Source of the DNA: Takakia lepidozioides
Lineage: Eukaryota; Plantae; Bryophyta
Reading direction: 5' to 3'
Length of the DNA: 64,000 nucleotides
Assembly: GCA_030704615.1 (NCBI GenBank)
Contig: CM060733.1
Coordinates: forward strand, 22,754,001 to 22,818,000
In this document: positions 62,000 to 64,000 of the stretch, piece by piece
Layout of the letters: each line of letters begins with the position of its first letter
Numbering within the stretch: the stretch's first letter is position 1
The notes under the pieces: model-generated
Told to the model about the DNA's origin: nothing
Database searches by the model: none
The model's input: only the letters and a program-made list of their open reading frames with translations
Translations under genes and position numbers: made by a program

Positions 62000-62329
62000 T
62001 CACTCATAAAGCAAAGCCAGGATGAAGATGCAGAAACAAAGCGAGGTAACGAAGCGAAAGCAAAAAAGAAATCGAACAAACCGAAAGCAGAAGTGGCTTG
62101 CCTGAGAGTACTCGGCTTCAGTTGGCGCAGGTTGTGAGCAAGACACTGGAATCTCCTGCTGGAGCTTCAGTTTGGCCATGCGAGAGATTGGCCGTCGTCC
62201 GTAGTACAGAGCTTTCAACTTCCGCCGCGGTCTGGATCTGAGGTCTCTCTCAGGAGAGCCACGCCCTTCAGGCGGCATAAGTCCCAGCCAAAAAGATCTC
62301 CTTTTTGGGGTACATGCCTGGAATACCAT
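62000..62329 (-). CDS. Small basic ORF of the Mutator-like family (homologue of 2179-2403)
   Basis: SRPRRKLKALYYGRRPI motif. Confidence 0.5.
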   Translation of the reverse strand: MVFQACTPKRRSFWLGLMPPEGRGSPERDLRSRPRRKLKALYYGRRPISRMAKLKLQQEIPVSCSQPAPTEAEYSQASHFCFRFVRFLFCFRFVTSLCFCIFILALLYE

Positions 62330-62519
62330 GTTAAGCCAAGTATAGCATGAGATTTAGGGTACGTGTCCAGGAAGCCATGCGTCGCCAGCCCGAATAATAA
62401 GCGACGGCCGTCGACATTTATTGCCCAACTGCGCAATTAAATGTCGGATGAAGCCCTCCATGTCGGAAGAAAATAGACGAAAAACAGTCCGGTATTTCCC
62501 TCACGCAGGTAATCGGAAG

Positions 62520-63895
62520 CGCCCGGATGGAAATCCGGCGCCGAATTTCCATCCGCGCAGGTAGGGCGGTGCGCCAAATTTCCTTCAAGCAGGTAATTGG
62601 ATGCGCCCGGAGGAAATCCGGCGCCGAATTTCCATCCGCGCAGGTAGGGCGGTTCGCAAATTTCCTTCAAGCAGGTAATCGGATGCGCCCGGATGGAATC
62701 CGGCGCCGAATTTCCATCCGCGCAGGGGTAGGGCGGTGCGCCAAATTCCTTCAAGCAGGTAATTCGGATGCGCCCGGATGGAAATCCGGCGCCGAATTTC
62801 CATCCGCGCAGGGGTAGCGGGCGCCAAATTTCCTTCAAGCAGGTAATTCGGATGCTCGCGGATGGAAATCCGGCGCCGAATTTCCATCCGCGTAGGTAGG
62901 GCGGTGCGCCAAATTCCCTGAAGGAGGTAATTTGCGGCGCCGGATGGAAATCCGGCCCGAATTTCCATCGCGCAGTAGGCGGTTCGCCAAATTCATTCAA
63001 GCAGGTAATTCGGATGCTCGCGGATGGAAATCCGGCGCCGAATTTCCATCCGCGTAGGTAGGGGGTGCGCCAAATTTCCTTCAAGCAGGTAATTCGATGC
63101 GCCGGATGGAAATCCGGCGCCGAATTTCCATCCGCGCAGTAGGGCGGTGCGCCAAATTTCCTTCAAGCAGGTAATTCGGATGCTCGCGGATGGAAATCCG
63201 GCGCCGAATTTCCATCCGAGGTAGGATAGGGCGGTGCGCCAAATTCCCTGAAGGAGGTGGTAATTCTGCGCGCCCGGATGGAAATCGGCGCCGAATTTCC
63301 ATCCGCGCAGGTAGGGCGGTTCGCCAAATTTCCTTCAAGCAGGTAATTCGGATGCTCGCGGATGGAAATCCGGCGCCGAATTTCATCCGCGTATGAATAG
63401 GGCGTTGGTGCGCCAAATTTCCTTCAAGCATGTTAATATTCGATGCGCCCGGATGGACTCCGGCGCCGCGAATTTCCATCCGCGAGGTAGGGCGGTGCGC
63501 CAAATTTCCTTCAAGCAGGTAATTCGGATGCGCCCGGAAATGGAAATCCGGCGCCGAATTTCATCCGCGCAGGTAGGCCTGTGCGCCAATTTCACCCTGA
63601 AGCAGGTATTCGGCGCCGAATTTCCCATCCTGCAGTTATTCGAATCGTGGATGAATGGAAATTCGGCTCCCGAATTTCCATCCTGCCTGTTAGTCGGATC
63701 GGTGCCATTTGATGATCATCGGCGTCCGAATTTCCATCCTGCAGTAATTCGAATCGTGGATGAATGGAAATTCGGCGCCGAATTTCCATCCTCGGTACTT
63801 CGAATCGTGGATGAATGGAATTCTGCCCGAATTTCCATCCACAGGTAATGTCGATCGGTTGCCATAGGATATGCGTCGGCGCCGAATTTCCGTTC
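62520..63895. repeat. Palindrome array: about 13 units of about 84 bp (GGATGGAAATCCGGCGCCGAATTTCCATCC) followed by about 6 degenerate units of about 53 bp
   Basis: Centres at 62537, 62620, 62702, 62788, 62872 and onward; then 63612, 63665, 63721, 63774 and onward. Confidence 0.95.
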
Positions 63896-64000
63896 GCCAT
63901 TATTTCTGAGCGAGGAATTCCTGCGGCAGGAATTCCCATATAGAATTACCACCTTCGTGCAGGTAATTCGCTACAAGATTACCTTCGTGCAGGTAATTCG

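Larger units (their letters stand above)
55552..64000 (-). mobile_element. Mutator-like family piece M4 (cargo end; runs off the window)
   Basis: Starts GGGGGCTGCTATTTCATGAGC exactly where integrase homology (ACAGCCAAG) stops. Contains a spliced cargo gene, a small basic ORF and two palindrome arrays. Confidence 0.82.

Overview
This is a eukaryotic, almost entirely transposon-derived window with spliceosomal GT-AG introns; a non-seed plant or streptophyte origin is inferred from the element types. No intact host gene is evident. It holds three nested systems. (1) Two Ty3/Gypsy elements, one inserted in the other (8938-27009), carry a DNMT3-like C5 cytosine methyltransferase between protease and RT. 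Both conserve a UAG-CAA-CCA readthrough-type stop after the methyltransferase. The complete inner copy (10542-22592, TSD CCAT) has a PHD-tailed integrase, a self-complementary non-tRNA PBS and split B...A-B-A terminal repeats. (2) Four pieces of a large Mutator-like DNA-transposon family share a (GCTCATG)n-AAATAG terminus. Across the pieces they carry a MULE/SWIM transposase, a spliced ParB/Srx-domain plus amino-methyltransferase-like gene, unknown cargo ORFs and arrays of GGAAATNCGG-NN-CCGNATTTCC palindromes spaced at multiples of about 10.5 bp. (3) A 13.4-kb non-chromoviral Gypsy element (35795-49207, TSD AGCTA) with extra ORFs interrupts a kinase pseudogene, and there are two partial relatives. 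The window also has a CACTA end, a tRNA-derived SINE and a 500-N gap. Sequence beyond about 49 kb is indel-rich, so frameshifts there may be assembly errors. All protein assignments come from motif reading, not database searches.
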